From contig JASGIB010000001.1 in NCBI GenBank assembly GCA_047602125.1, positions 911,284 through 975,283 of the forward strand: a stretch of 64,000 nt of DNA, written 5' to 3'. The translations under genes and the position numbers were made by a program. Positions 1-10,939 of the stretch are shown here, in pieces; within the stretch, counting starts at the first letter, position 1; every line of letters starts with the position of its first letter. This DNA is from Thermomonas sp. Lineage in GTDB: Bacteria; Pseudomonadota; Gammaproteobacteria; Xanthomonadales; Xanthomonadaceae. The notes beneath the pieces are model-generated. The model saw only the letters and a list, made by a program, of their open reading frames with translations. It was not told the DNA's origin and made no database searches.

Positions 1-961
1 CATACAGGACGATGATCAGCGGCTTGGCGACCAGCGCGATGCCGGCCATGCACGGCGCGAACACGAAGATGGCCAGCCTCAACGACAACCGCATCGCCCC
101 GGCGAGCTTCGCCGGCTGGTCCGCGACGGTCGAGAACACGGGCAGGCCGACGCGGTTGAGTAGGCCGCCCATGAACTGCGCCGGCGCCTGCTGGGTGTCC
201 TGCGCGAGGGAATAGAACCCGAGCGACCTCGCGTCCAGCACGCGCCCGATCAGCAGCGATTGCAGGCGCACCGAGACGGTGTTCAACGCATTGGCCAGCA
301 GCATGTAGCCGCCGAAGCGGAACAAGCCGCGGAACGCCGACATGTCGAAGCGCCCACGCGGGCGCCAGCCCGAGAACATCCACAGCAGCAGCGCACGCAT
401 GGCCGCTCCCGCCACCGATTGCCACACCAGGCTCCAGACGCCGAAGCCGCGCCATGCCAGCGCCACGGCGAGCACCCCGGAACACAACGATGCGATGAAT
501 TCGGCGGCGGCGCGGGTCCGGAAATCGAGCCGCAGCGTCAGTACCGCGTTCGGCACGGCCGCGATCGCGCCCATGGGCAGCGTCAGGACCAGCAGGCGCA
601 TCAGCCGGGTCAGTTCGGGTTGCGAATAAAAACCGGCGATCGCGGGCGCGGCCAGCCATAGCGCCAAAGCAAGCGCGATGCCGGCGGCCAGGCTGGTCAG
701 GAAGGCCGTGGTTTCGTCGTTTTCGGTGGGAACCTGCTTCTGCACCAGGGCGATGCCGAAGCCACCGTCCACCATCAGGGCCGCGAACAGGGTGAACACG
801 AGCAGCATGGCGACCATGCCGAAGTCCGCCGGATGCAGCAGGCGCGCAAGGACGATGGTGACGACGAACTGCACGCCGTAACGCGAAGCGATTTCGAGCG
901 CGCTCCACCAGGCGGCATGCGTGGCGCGGTGGGTCAGCGTCGGAATATCCTGCTTTTGCAC
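1..961 (-). CDS. Wzx-type oligosaccharide flippase / lipopolysaccharide biosynthesis protein (3' end runs off the window)
   Basis: Manual translation of the minus strand (absent from the ORF track because there is no stop in the window): VQKQDIPTLTHRATHAAWWSALEIASRYGVQFVVTIVLARLLHPADFGMVAMLLVF..., multi-TM with the typical 'LARLL-P-DFG' Wzx N-terminus. The GTG start at 961 is tentative. Confidence 0.85.
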   Translation of the reverse strand, partial: MQKQDIPTLTHRATHAAWWSALEIASRYGVQFVVTIVLARLLHPADFGMVAMLLVFTLFAALMVDGGFGIALVQKQVPTENDETTAFLTSLAAGIALALALWLAAPAIAGFYSQPELTRLMRLLVLTLPMGAIAAVPNAVLTLRLDFRTRAAAEFIASLCSGVLAVALAWRGFGVWSLVWQSVAGAAMRALLLWMFSGWRPRGRFDMSAFRGLFRFGGYMLLANALNTVSVRLQSLLIGRVLDARSLGFYSLAQDTQQAPAQFMGGLLNRVGLPVFSTVADQPAKLAGAMRLSLRLAIFVFAPCMAGIALVAKPLIIVLY

Positions 962-1046
962 AATGGGGATGTTCCCGCAAATCAGGGGCGTTACTCGCCC
1001 TGGACGGAGTTTGCCGAGATCCGGCGGAAACGAATGGCCTCCAGGC

Positions 1047-1763
1047 TCAGGGCAGCGTACCGATGCACATCAGGCGCTCGCTGCTTTCAAGGTACTTCAA
1101 ACCGCTTTCCACCAAGCATGCACGCAGCGCGGCCGGATCCGTCACCCCGTCCCTGATCAACTGGTCTTCGTGGAACTGCTTGCCCTTGCCCACTGGAACG
1201 ACGGCCACATCGCTGCAGACCTTACGCATCAACGCGGTTATTTCGTCCATGTGGAAAAAACGGATGTCATACAGCGGGTCATCCACTTTCTTCCGGTCGA
1301 AATAGTCGACGAATTGGACATTATGCGCATTGTGTACCGTCACGATCATCCGGCGCTTGCTGATCCTTGCCTGTTCCGCCGCCAGCGACAGGATTTGATC
1401 ATCCGAGAACAGTATCCAGAATCCATTGTGGTAGGTGACGTCGAAGGCGCCATCTGCGAATGGCATGTCGAATGCGCTCATGTGGTGGATGGCGCTTGCG
1501 AAATCCGGAAACTGGCGCCTGGCCCGCGCGACGGCTTCGGCCGAGAAATCCATGCCTTCGCAATCGATGCCGCGCCTGCGCAACTCGCCCATGTCGCGGA
1601 AGCTACCTGCGGCGACCTCGAGCACGTGGCGTTCGTCGCCTTCAAGCATGGCGTGAATGTAATAGGCGTGCCGGAGGTCGTTCTGGTAGTGGTCGAAAAT
1701 ATCGACCCACTTCCGGTCCCAGTCGCCACTGCTTGATGACGGGTCGAGGTTGCGAAGTTGCAT
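1047..1763 (-). CDS. Class I SAM-dependent methyltransferase
   Basis: VLEVAAGS motif I-like, 'GMDFSAEAVARARR', 'MPFADGAFDV' segments. Confidence 0.85.
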   Translation of the reverse strand: MQLRNLDPSSSSGDWDRKWVDIFDHYQNDLRHAYYIHAMLEGDERHVLEVAAGSFRDMGELRRRGIDCEGMDFSAEAVARARRQFPDFASAIHHMSAFDMPFADGAFDVTYHNGFWILFSDDQILSLAAEQARISKRRMIVTVHNAHNVQFVDYFDRKKVDDPLYDIRFFHMDEITALMRKVCSDVAVVPVGKGKQFHEDQLIRDGVTDPAALRACLVESGLKYLESSERLMCIGTLP

Positions 1764-1766
1764 GAT

Positions 1767-2726
1767 CTAATCCTGCATTGGGTATTCAACGAGGCCGCGT
1801 GCGTACACCTTGTCCCGGGGTTCCATGCATGGCTCGATTTGGCCACCCTCGAAACAACGCAAGTGGTTGGACACCATGTCATAGCCGGACATGATGCTGA
1901 ATGCCACGCCTGCGGAAAAACGCGGATTCACGTCCATCAGCAACGGCATGCCGTCTACGACCAGGAATTCCATGTTGACGCAGCCGTACAGGCCCAAGAT
2001 TTCCGCGGCTTCGATGGCCAATGCGTCGCATGCATGCCCGGGCTGCATTCGGACGCTCATGCCCGCCCCATTCGGAGTGCGCAGCAGTTCCCGCCGCGTT
2101 ATCGCAGCCGACCTGCGGCCATCGGGCTGGCGCACCACGTCGACCACCAGCACCTCGCCGGCGCGATACGGCTGGAGGACATAATCCTGGCCGGAAAGCC
2201 GGGCGCGCCAAAAGCGCAATGCGTCGGCATCCGGGATGTTCAATTGCCCTTCGCTACTTCTGCCCCGGCGCGGCTTGGCCAGCAGTGGATAGGGAAAGCC
2301 CGGATTCCCTTCATCCTGAAGGTCGGCAGTCCGGATCGGGTGGATGCGCGGGTGATCAGCGAAGCATAGATGGGTGGCCAGCTTGTCGCGCGAAAGGCTG
2401 ATGGCTGCTTGCGGAGAAATGCAGAGCGTCACGCCCGCGTCGTCGAAACGATGGCGATCCTGCGAGAGGACATCCACTTCGGGATCGGTCAAGGGAATGA
2501 CGTGGCTGATCCCTTCGCTCTTGCAAATATCGATGACACGGGAAAGGTAGGCGGCCGAATCCCGCGCCGACGGAACCTGGTGGAAGCGTTCAACCAGCCG
2601 CGATGCCGCGGTCCATTCCCTCGGATGCATGTTGCAACCGATCACCATTGCGCCCGCACGGCTGGCAATTGCCCGAATGACGGATTCGGCAGCCATTGCC
2701 CCGATGGCGGTGACCAGGCATCTCAT
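1767..2726 (-). CDS. ATP-grasp domain protein (carbamoyl-phosphate synthase-like / amino acid ligase-type)
   Basis: PLLAKPRRGRSSEG, VLQPY, NMEFL..LLMDVNPRFSAG motifs. Start re-set to ATG 2726 (MRCLVTAIG), which overlaps the upstream stop as ATGA. Confidence 0.85.
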   Translation of the reverse strand: MRCLVTAIGAMAAESVIRAIASRAGAMVIGCNMHPREWTAASRLVERFHQVPSARDSAAYLSRVIDICKSEGISHVIPLTDPEVDVLSQDRHRFDDAGVTLCISPQAAISLSRDKLATHLCFADHPRIHPIRTADLQDEGNPGFPYPLLAKPRRGRSSEGQLNIPDADALRFWRARLSGQDYVLQPYRAGEVLVVDVVRQPDGRRSAAITRRELLRTPNGAGMSVRMQPGHACDALAIEAAEILGLYGCVNMEFLVVDGMPLLMDVNPRFSAGVAFSIMSGYDMVSNHLRCFEGGQIEPCMEPRDKVYARGLVEYPMQD

Positions 2727-3556
2727 GGGGATTGGGCAATCGCCGGATTCGCATCCGCTCGAAGCGTTTCGATTTCCTGATACATCTGTCGAATACGCTG
2801 CGCACGCGAATTGCGGAAAATCTGGTCTGGCGTCATGTTCATCCGCCACTTCGTGTCGCGAGTACCGCACACGGGGATGCTTGCCGTGGGTTCGTTCAAG
2901 TGCTGGATGTTGATCTCGAGGTAAACCCGATCGCGCAAAGTGGAATTGGGTGGCGACTGATGCCATATCGCCGAATGCATGATCAGAATATCGCCGGGAG
3001 CGACGCTGGTTTTCAGGCGGGGATAATCGTCGGGCAGGATGTTAATGATCTCACCGACATCACCGAGATAGCCGAAATGATGGGTGCCCGGGAAAAGCAC
3101 CAGACCTCCGTTGTGGTAATCGCAGGCCGTGAGCGGAATGAACAGGGAGTAGCGCTCGAATCCACCCACTTGGTAGCCGGTATCCTGATGGAGAAACACG
3201 GGCTTGGTGTCGTCCCCGTCCTTCTTCACCACGCGAATGTAACTGGCCCCGACATTGCCACCGAAAAAACCTTCTGAAACGTCGATCAGCTCTTTTTCCC
3301 TGGTGATCTGACGCAGCGGGTGTTCTTCAGGCAGCTTTATCTCCGTCAGGTGGAATGGCGTGCGCCTGAGCTTGGCTTCTCTCAAGTCTTCGAAATACCT
3401 CTGGGCATACTTGTCGATCGTTTCGGCCCGGAAGGCGCCCTTGACGACGAACACGCCCAGGTACTCCAGTACATCTCGATCGATTTTTTCCGCCACATGC
3501 CTTCCGGAGGCCATCATGGCAAGCAGATCGTCGACGGGGGCGGCAATCTTATCCAT
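2723..3556 (-). CDS. Phytanoyl-CoA dioxygenase (PhyH)-family Fe(II)/2OG dioxygenase
   Basis: FLHQDTGY (HxD), SLFIPLT...NGGLVLFPGTH, GDILIMHSAIWHQSPPNST.RDR (distal His and Arg). Confidence 0.85.
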   Translation of the reverse strand: MDKIAAPVDDLLAMMASGRHVAEKIDRDVLEYLGVFVVKGAFRAETIDKYAQRYFEDLREAKLRRTPFHLTEIKLPEEHPLRQITREKELIDVSEGFFGGNVGASYIRVVKKDGDDTKPVFLHQDTGYQVGGFERYSLFIPLTACDYHNGGLVLFPGTHHFGYLGDVGEIINILPDDYPRLKTSVAPGDILIMHSAIWHQSPPNSTLRDRVYLEINIQHLNEPTASIPVCGTRDTKWRMNMTPDQIFRNSRAQRIRQMYQEIETLRADANPAIAQSP

Positions 3557-4259
3557 GCGGATCTCCCGGGTTGCCTTGCGTCATTCCGTAATAACTCTGC
3601 CCCTCGTAATCACAGGGCGTGAAATCGAAGCCGAACTGCAATGAATATCGTTCGACCCGATTCGCATGATCGCTTTCCTGCGCGACGCGGTTCTCGATCC
3701 CGTGGTAAGTCCGGCTGCCGAAAAAGACAAGCCCGGTATTCGTTCGAGGCTCGATCACGTACCGATCCGCCGTGCTGATGTCGAACGGCTCTTTCCCGCC
3801 CGCCATGAGCGGGTCGCGTCGCACGTTCGGATATGCGATCAAGGGCATAGATGGGGCATCGTTGAGGTAAACGATGGCCGTCAATTGGTGCCTGTCGAAA
3901 TGCATCCTGAATTTATCGTTTCCGCCACGCAGGTAATTTGCACTGACGGCGATGGGCTTGACCGAAATTTCGTGCAAATCGGGCATTTCGCGACGAAGCG
4001 ACTGAAGCGTGTATTGATAAATATGGCCAACGCTCGGGCATAGCCCAAGCAACGCGGCACCATTCAATGTTCGCATCGTGATGCCGTCTGCATCCACGTC
4101 GATGTGCCGCTTCGAGGACTCGAAGGCATTTGCGAGCTCGACTAACGCATCCCGGGCGCATGACGGGTCGGCGTAAGGATCCAGTTCGACCAGGCCAACG
4201 CGGCTGAGCCGATCAGAAAATCCCGAGTCGAATAGCGATATCTTCATGTTTCCAGTCAA
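3549..4259 (-). CDS. Fe(II)/2OG-dependent oxygenase (prolyl-hydroxylase-like fold)
   Basis: FRMHFDRHQLTAIVYLN (HxD) and GLVFFGSRTYHGI (distal His). Start is TTG 4259 or ATG 4247. Confidence 0.7.
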   Translation of the reverse strand: MTGNMKISLFDSGFSDRLSRVGLVELDPYADPSCARDALVELANAFESSKRHIDVDADGITMRTLNGAALLGLCPSVGHIYQYTLQSLRREMPDLHEISVKPIAVSANYLRGGNDKFRMHFDRHQLTAIVYLNDAPSMPLIAYPNVRRDPLMAGGKEPFDISTADRYVIEPRTNTGLVFFGSRTYHGIENRVAQESDHANRVERYSLQFGFDFTPCDYEGQSYYGMTQGNPGDPHG

Positions 4260-4840
4260 GCCAGCCTCTCGAACTTCAGGCTCTTGATCGGGACATTCTT
4301 CGGCTGTTCGGGTTTTCGCCAGACACCGAAGTACTGGAGCGGGAACAGGTTCCGGTCCGGGCTCTCGAATTTCTCGAAAACGACATTATCGAAATTGCGG
4401 AAGAGAACCTGGAGCCCGAACTCCGTGAATCTCCAGCAGTCCGGTACGGGCCCATGGATTCTGCAGTTGAGCGGGGACGAGAAGAAAAGAAGGCCACCGG
4501 GCGCGAGCATGCGCTCTACCTCTTCGACTGCCGAAAAAGGTTGGCAGACGTGCTCCAGGACTTCAATCAACAGGATTGCGTCGAACGTTCCGTCCAGGAT
4601 CAGCGCGGAATTGTTGTCGCAGATGTCGCATACGTAATTTGCGTTCCTGCTTCCGTCGATATCGAGCGTCTTGATTTCAGCGCCTTCGGGAAAAGGCCTG
4701 GGGAATTTCTTGCCCTGGTCGCCTATGTCGAGGATGAGGGGATTTTTCGCGAGCAAGGAGAGCGCCGCGGCGAGCTGGTTCTCGATGAAGAGCCGGGCTT
4801 GGGGGAAGAAATAATTGTCATATGCTGAAGGTAGCGGCAT
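4256..4840 (-). CDS. SAM-dependent methyltransferase (type common in glycan loci)
   Basis: ILDIG, FDAILLIEVLEHV, RMLAPGGLL and H-P-DCWRFT-FGL segments. Confidence 0.8.
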   Translation of the reverse strand: MPLPSAYDNYFFPQARLFIENQLAAALSLLAKNPLILDIGDQGKKFPRPFPEGAEIKTLDIDGSRNANYVCDICDNNSALILDGTFDAILLIEVLEHVCQPFSAVEEVERMLAPGGLLFFSSPLNCRIHGPVPDCWRFTEFGLQVLFRNFDNVVFEKFESPDRNLFPLQYFGVWRKPEQPKNVPIKSLKFERLA

Positions 4841-4912
4841 TTCCTTACTCCGGGCTGGAGCACATGGACATTTGGCATACGGCTCTTGGCAGGCGACGAG
4901 GCTAGAAGCTGG

Positions 4913-6097
4913 CTAGACTTCTTGTTCCCGGTCGCCAACGGCAACCCGGACGACATCGGCGATGGTCTGGATATCCGCGTGGGAGATATTGACCCCCGTA
5001 GGCAGTACCAGCACGCGCTCCGCCACGGCAATCGTATTGGGCAACACCAGGTCCGCGTGGGGGAAGAGTTGCCGGTACGGTTTCATCTTGTGGCACCCGG
5101 GCCAGAAATACTTGCGGGCGAGCACGTTCTCCGCATGTAGCGCGGCCAGGATCTCGTCGCGCGTCGATGGGCAGCCTTCGCCCACCTCGACCACCACGTA
5201 ATGGTGGCTGTTGCGTTCGGATGGGTCGTAGTCCAGCACGGCGATGCCGGGGGTGCCGGACAACGCCTGCTCGTAGGCCCCGTGGTTGCGCCGGTTGGCG
5301 GCGACGATGGCATCGAACCCTCCGAGATTGGCCAGCCCCATCGCCGCGCACACCTCGATCATCTTGCCGTTGGTGCCCGGGTGGATGACGTTGTCGTAAC
5401 CCTTGAACCCGAAGTTGCGCATCAGCCGCATGGCTTCGGCCAGCTCGTCGTCGTCGGTGACGACCGCGCCGCCCTCCATCGTGTTGAAGGACTTGGTCGC
5501 ATGGAAACTCAACACCTCGCATGCGCCGAAGCGGCCGATGGTTCGGCCCTTGTAGCTGCTTCCGAACGCATGCGCCGCGTCGAACATCAGTTTCAGCCCG
5601 TATTCGTCCGCGAGCGCTTGCAACTCGTCGACCGGCGCGGCGCGGCCCCACAGGTGTACGCCGATGATGCCGGTGGTGCGCGGCGTGACCATCCGCCGCA
5701 CGGCACCGGGATCCAGGTTGTGGGTGGCCGGGTCGATGTCGGCGAACACCGGGGTGATGCCCTGCCAGTACAAGGCATGCGCCGTCGCGATGAAGGTCCA
5801 TGACGGCACGATGACCTCGCCGGACAGGCCGAGCGCGCGAATCGCGATTTCCAGCGCGATGGTGCCGTTGCACATCGCGACGCAGTGCTTCACGCCCAGG
5901 AACGCGGCGATGCGCCGCTCGAATTCATTCACCATCGGGCCGTTGTTTGTCAGCCACTGGTTGTCGAGGATCCGGCCAACGCCTTCGAGGAAGGCCGCGC
6001 GGTCGCCGATGTTCGGGCGGCCGACGTGCAGCGGCTGTTCGAATGCCGGCGGCGCGCCGTTGACGGCGAGGTCGGCGCGGGAATGGATGGCTTTCAT
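4913..6097 (-). CDS. DegT/DnrJ/EryC1/StrS family PLP-dependent sugar aminotransferase
   Basis: NGTIALEIA, DAAHAFG, SFHATKSFNTMEGGA (catalytic Lys). Resembles NDP-4-keto-6-deoxyhexose 4-aminotransferases. Confidence 0.92.
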   Translation of the reverse strand: MKAIHSRADLAVNGAPPAFEQPLHVGRPNIGDRAAFLEGVGRILDNQWLTNNGPMVNEFERRIAAFLGVKHCVAMCNGTIALEIAIRALGLSGEVIVPSWTFIATAHALYWQGITPVFADIDPATHNLDPGAVRRMVTPRTTGIIGVHLWGRAAPVDELQALADEYGLKLMFDAAHAFGSSYKGRTIGRFGACEVLSFHATKSFNTMEGGAVVTDDDELAEAMRLMRNFGFKGYDNVIHPGTNGKMIEVCAAMGLANLGGFDAIVAANRRNHGAYEQALSGTPGIAVLDYDPSERNSHHYVVVEVGEGCPSTRDEILAALHAENVLARKYFWPGCHKMKPYRQLFPHADLVLPNTIAVAERVLVLPTGVNISHADIQTIADVVRVAVGDREQEV

Positions 6098-6101
6098 GCG
6101 C

Positions 6102-6956
6102 TCAGCCTTCGCGCCGGTAGATGAGCGAGGTGATCTGCTCCGACACCAGCCCGATCAGGAACACGATCACCGAGGCGCTGAAGAGCAGCATGCTCATGTT
6201 GGTCAGGCGGTGCTGGTGGACGAAGGTCCATGCGTAGTACCCAAGGCCCAGCAGGAAGAACCCGAACGCCGTCGGCGCGAACAGCTTCAGCGGCGAATAC
6301 AGCGTGGCGATCTTGAAGATGATCAGCAGGAAGCGGATGCCGTCCTTGAACGGGCGTATGTGGCTGCTGGTGCCGACCCTGCGCGCCACCGGCACCGGCA
6401 CGTAGGCCACCGGATAGGCGCTGCGGAAGAAGGCCATGGTGCTGGTGGTGGGATAGCTGAAGCCGTTCGGCAGCAGGTGCAGGAACTCGCGGAATCTTTC
6501 GGCGCGGACCGCGCGGAAACCGGAAGTGAGGTCCAGCACCTTGTGCCCGGTCATCCAGCTGGCGAGCCGGTTGTAGAACGCATTGGCGAGGCCGCGGCCG
6601 GCATTGGCCTGGCCGTCGCGACCGCGCGCGCCGACCGCCATGTCGAAGCCTTCGTCGAGCCTGGCCAGCAACTGGTCGATGCAGGCGGGGTCGTGCTGGC
6701 CGTCGGCGTCCATGAAAACCAGAGTGTCGCCGCTCGCGGCGCGGGCACCGCGCTTGATCGCGGCGCCATTGCCCAAGGCATAGGGATTGGACAGCACCCG
6801 GGCGCCGTGGGCCGCGGCGACCTCGGCGGTGGCGTCGGTCGAGCCATCGTCGACCACGATGACCTCGGCCCCGGGCAGGATCGCCCGCAGGGCAGGCAGC
6901 GTGCGCCGCAGCCCCTCGGCTTCGTTCCTGGCCGGCAACACCACTGTGACGTCCAT
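6102..6956 (-). CDS. Family 2 glycosyltransferase (DPM-synthase-like, C-terminal TM helices)
   Basis: VVLPARNE, VVDDGSTD, FMDADGQHDP, DLTSGFRA; two C-terminal hydrophobic helices. Confidence 0.9.
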   Translation of the reverse strand: MDVTVVLPARNEAEGLRRTLPALRAILPGAEVIVVDDGSTDATAEVAAAHGARVLSNPYALGNGAAIKRGARAASGDTLVFMDADGQHDPACIDQLLARLDEGFDMAVGARGRDGQANAGRGLANAFYNRLASWMTGHKVLDLTSGFRAVRAERFREFLHLLPNGFSYPTTSTMAFFRSAYPVAYVPVPVARRVGTSSHIRPFKDGIRFLLIIFKIATLYSPLKLFAPTAFGFFLLGLGYYAWTFVHQHRLTNMSMLLFSASVIVFLIGLVSEQITSLIYRREG

Positions 6957-7076
6957 CGCACCCACCGCATGTTCCCCCGGCAGAGACTAGCCGGAAACGG
7001 GTCCCGCCGGCAGATTGTGTTCGTGCCGCACGGGTTTGCGGTAAAGTCCGGAAGGGGAATCTGAAGAGGCGGAGCG

Positions 7077-8804
<1,728 letters not shown>

Positions 8805-8808
8805 ACCC

Positions 8809-10059
8809 ATGGCCGTGACCCGAAACGCCGCCAAGACCGCCACCCGTCGCGCGGAAGCGACGCCGATCTTCGTCTGGGAAGGCACCGACAAGCGCGGCGT
8901 GAAGATGAAGGGCGAACAGTCCGGCAGGAACGCCAACCTGATCCGCGCCGAGCTGCGCCGCCAGGGCATCACCCCGACCGTCGTCAAGCCCAAGGGCAAG
9001 CCCCTGTTCGGCAGCGCCGGCCGGACCATCAACGCCAAGGACATCGCCTTCTTCAGCCGCCAGCTGGCGACGATGATGAAGTCCGGCGTGCCGATCGTGG
9101 CCTCGCTCGAGATCATCGCCGGCGGGCAGAAGAACCCGAAGTTCAAGGACCTGATCAACACCCTGCGCAGCGACATCGAGGGCGGTTCCTCGATCTACGA
9201 GGCGCTGTCCAAGCACCCGGTGCAGTTCGACGAGCTGTACCGCAACCTGGTCAAGGCCGGCGAATCGGCGGGCGTGCTCGACACCGTGCTCGACACCATC
9301 GCCACCTACAAGGAAAACATCGAGGCCCTGAAGGGCAAGATCAAGAAGGCGCTGTTCTATCCGGCGATGGTCATCGCCGCGGCGATCCTGGTCAGCGCGA
9401 TCCTGCTGGTGTTCGTCGTGCCCCAGTTCGAGGAAGTGTTCCGCGGCTTCGGCGCAGACCTGCCCGCCTTCACCAAGTTCATCATCGGCATCAGCAACTT
9501 CATGGTGAAGTTCTGGTGGCTGATCGCGCTGATCGTCGGCGGCACCATCGCGGCCTTCATCTTCTTCAAGAAGCGCTCGCCCGCGTTCTCGCACTTCCTC
9601 GACCGCATGATCCTGCGCGTGCCAGTGATCGGGAAGATCATGCACGAGGCCGCGCTGGCGCGCTTCGCCCGCACCCTAGCGGTGACCTTCGCCGCCGGCG
9701 TGCCGCTGGTCGAAGCGCTGGATTCGGTCGCCGGCGCCACCGGCAACACGGTGTACGAGAACGCCGTGAAGCGCGTCCGCGACGACGTGTCGGTCGGCTA
9801 CCCGGTCAACATGGCGATGAAGCAGACCGGCCTGTTCCCGCACATGGTCATCCAGATGACCGCGATCGGCGAAGAGGCCGGCGCGCTCGACACCATGCTG
9901 TACAAGGTCGCCGAGTTCTACGAGCAGGAAGTCAACAACGCGGTGGACGCGCTGGCGAGCCTGATCGAGCCGATCATCGTGGTCATCCTCGGCGTCATCG
10001 TCGGCAGCATGGTGATCGCCATGTACCTGCCGATCTTCAAACTCGCCGCGGTGGTCTGA
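8809..10059 (+). CDS. pilC: Type IV pilus platform protein PilC
   Basis: FSRQLATMMKSGVP, GESAGVLD, GEEAGALD; GspF family, directly after pilB. Confidence 0.97.
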   Translation: MAVTRNAAKTATRRAEATPIFVWEGTDKRGVKMKGEQSGRNANLIRAELRRQGITPTVVKPKGKPLFGSAGRTINAKDIAFFSRQLATMMKSGVPIVASLEIIAGGQKNPKFKDLINTLRSDIEGGSSIYEALSKHPVQFDELYRNLVKAGESAGVLDTVLDTIATYKENIEALKGKIKKALFYPAMVIAAAILVSAILLVFVVPQFEEVFRGFGADLPAFTKFIIGISNFMVKFWWLIALIVGGTIAAFIFFKKRSPAFSHFLDRMILRVPVIGKIMHEAALARFARTLAVTFAAGVPLVEALDSVAGATGNTVYENAVKRVRDDVSVGYPVNMAMKQTGLFPHMVIQMTAIGEEAGALDTMLYKVAEFYEQEVNNAVDALASLIEPIIVVILGVIVGSMVIAMYLPIFKLAAVV

Positions 10060-10065
10060 GGCCGC

Positions 10066-10929
10066 ATGGCGTTCCTCGACGCGCACCCCGGCCTCGGCTA
10101 TCCCGCCGCGGCCGGACTGGGGCTGGCGCTCGGCAGTTTCCTCAACGTCGTCATCCTGCGCCTGCCGCGCCGGCTGGAATGGCAGTGGAAGCGCGACAGC
10201 CGCGAACTCCTCGGCGAACCGGAACTCTACGATCCGCCGCCGCCCGGGATCGTGGTCGAACGCTCGCATTGCCCGCACTGCAAGGCGCCGCTGCGCTGGT
10301 ACGAGAACATCCCCCTGCTCAGCTGGCTGGCGTTGCGCGGGCGCTGCGGGCATTGCGGCGCGCCGATCTCGATGCAATACCCGCTGGTGGAATTCGTCAC
10401 CATGCTGCTGGTGCTGGCCAGCGTCTGGCGCTTCGGTTTCGGCTGGCAGGGCTTCGGCGCGATCCTGCTCAGTTGTTTCCTGGTCGCGCTCGCGGGCATC
10501 GACCTGCGCACGCAACTGCTGCCCGACCAGCTGACCCTGCCGCTGCTGTGGCTGGGGCTGATCGCGGCGCACGAACAGTTGTACGTCGATCCCAAGCCGG
10601 CGATCGAGGGCGCCGTGGTCGGCTACCTGAGCCTGTGGTCGGTGTGGTGGCTGTACAAGCAACTCACCGGCAAGGAAGGCATGGGCCACGGCGATTTCAA
10701 GCTGCTCGCCGCGCTTGGCGCATGGACCGGGCTCAAGGGCATCCTGCCGACAATCCTGGTGTCCTCACTGGTCGGCGCGATCATCGGTTCGATCTGGTTG
10801 CTGGCGAAGGGCAAGGATCGCGCCACGCCGATCCCGTTCGGCCCCTACCTCGCCGTCGCCGGCTGGATCGCGTTCTTCTGGGGACAGCCGCTGATCGACG
10901 CGTACATGCGCCTCAGCGGCTTGCGCTGA
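10066..10929 (+). CDS. pilD: Prepilin peptidase/N-methyltransferase PilD
   Basis: RSHCPHC..RGRCGHC zinc motif, GIDL, GMGHGDFKL, IPFGPYL. Confidence 0.97.
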   Translation: MAFLDAHPGLGYPAAAGLGLALGSFLNVVILRLPRRLEWQWKRDSRELLGEPELYDPPPPGIVVERSHCPHCKAPLRWYENIPLLSWLALRGRCGHCGAPISMQYPLVEFVTMLLVLASVWRFGFGWQGFGAILLSCFLVALAGIDLRTQLLPDQLTLPLLWLGLIAAHEQLYVDPKPAIEGAVVGYLSLWSVWWLYKQLTGKEGMGHGDFKLLAALGAWTGLKGILPTILVSSLVGAIIGSIWLLAKGKDRATPIPFGPYLAVAGWIAFFWGQPLIDAYMRLSGLR

Positions 10930-10939
10930 AGGATCGGCC

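Noticed and set aside
1767-2966. Extended N-termini given by the ORF track (ATP-grasp 2966, secA 18050, M23 19271, ftsA 23928, murF 32548, ftsW 30019, ribD 47133 and others)
   Set aside because: They overlap neighbouring genes in other frames; downstream starts match known N-termini and stop/start coupling.
6966-7076. sigma54 (-24/-12) promoter between GT2 and pilB
   Set aside because: The cGGCAC on the minus strand lacks a correctly spaced TTGC.
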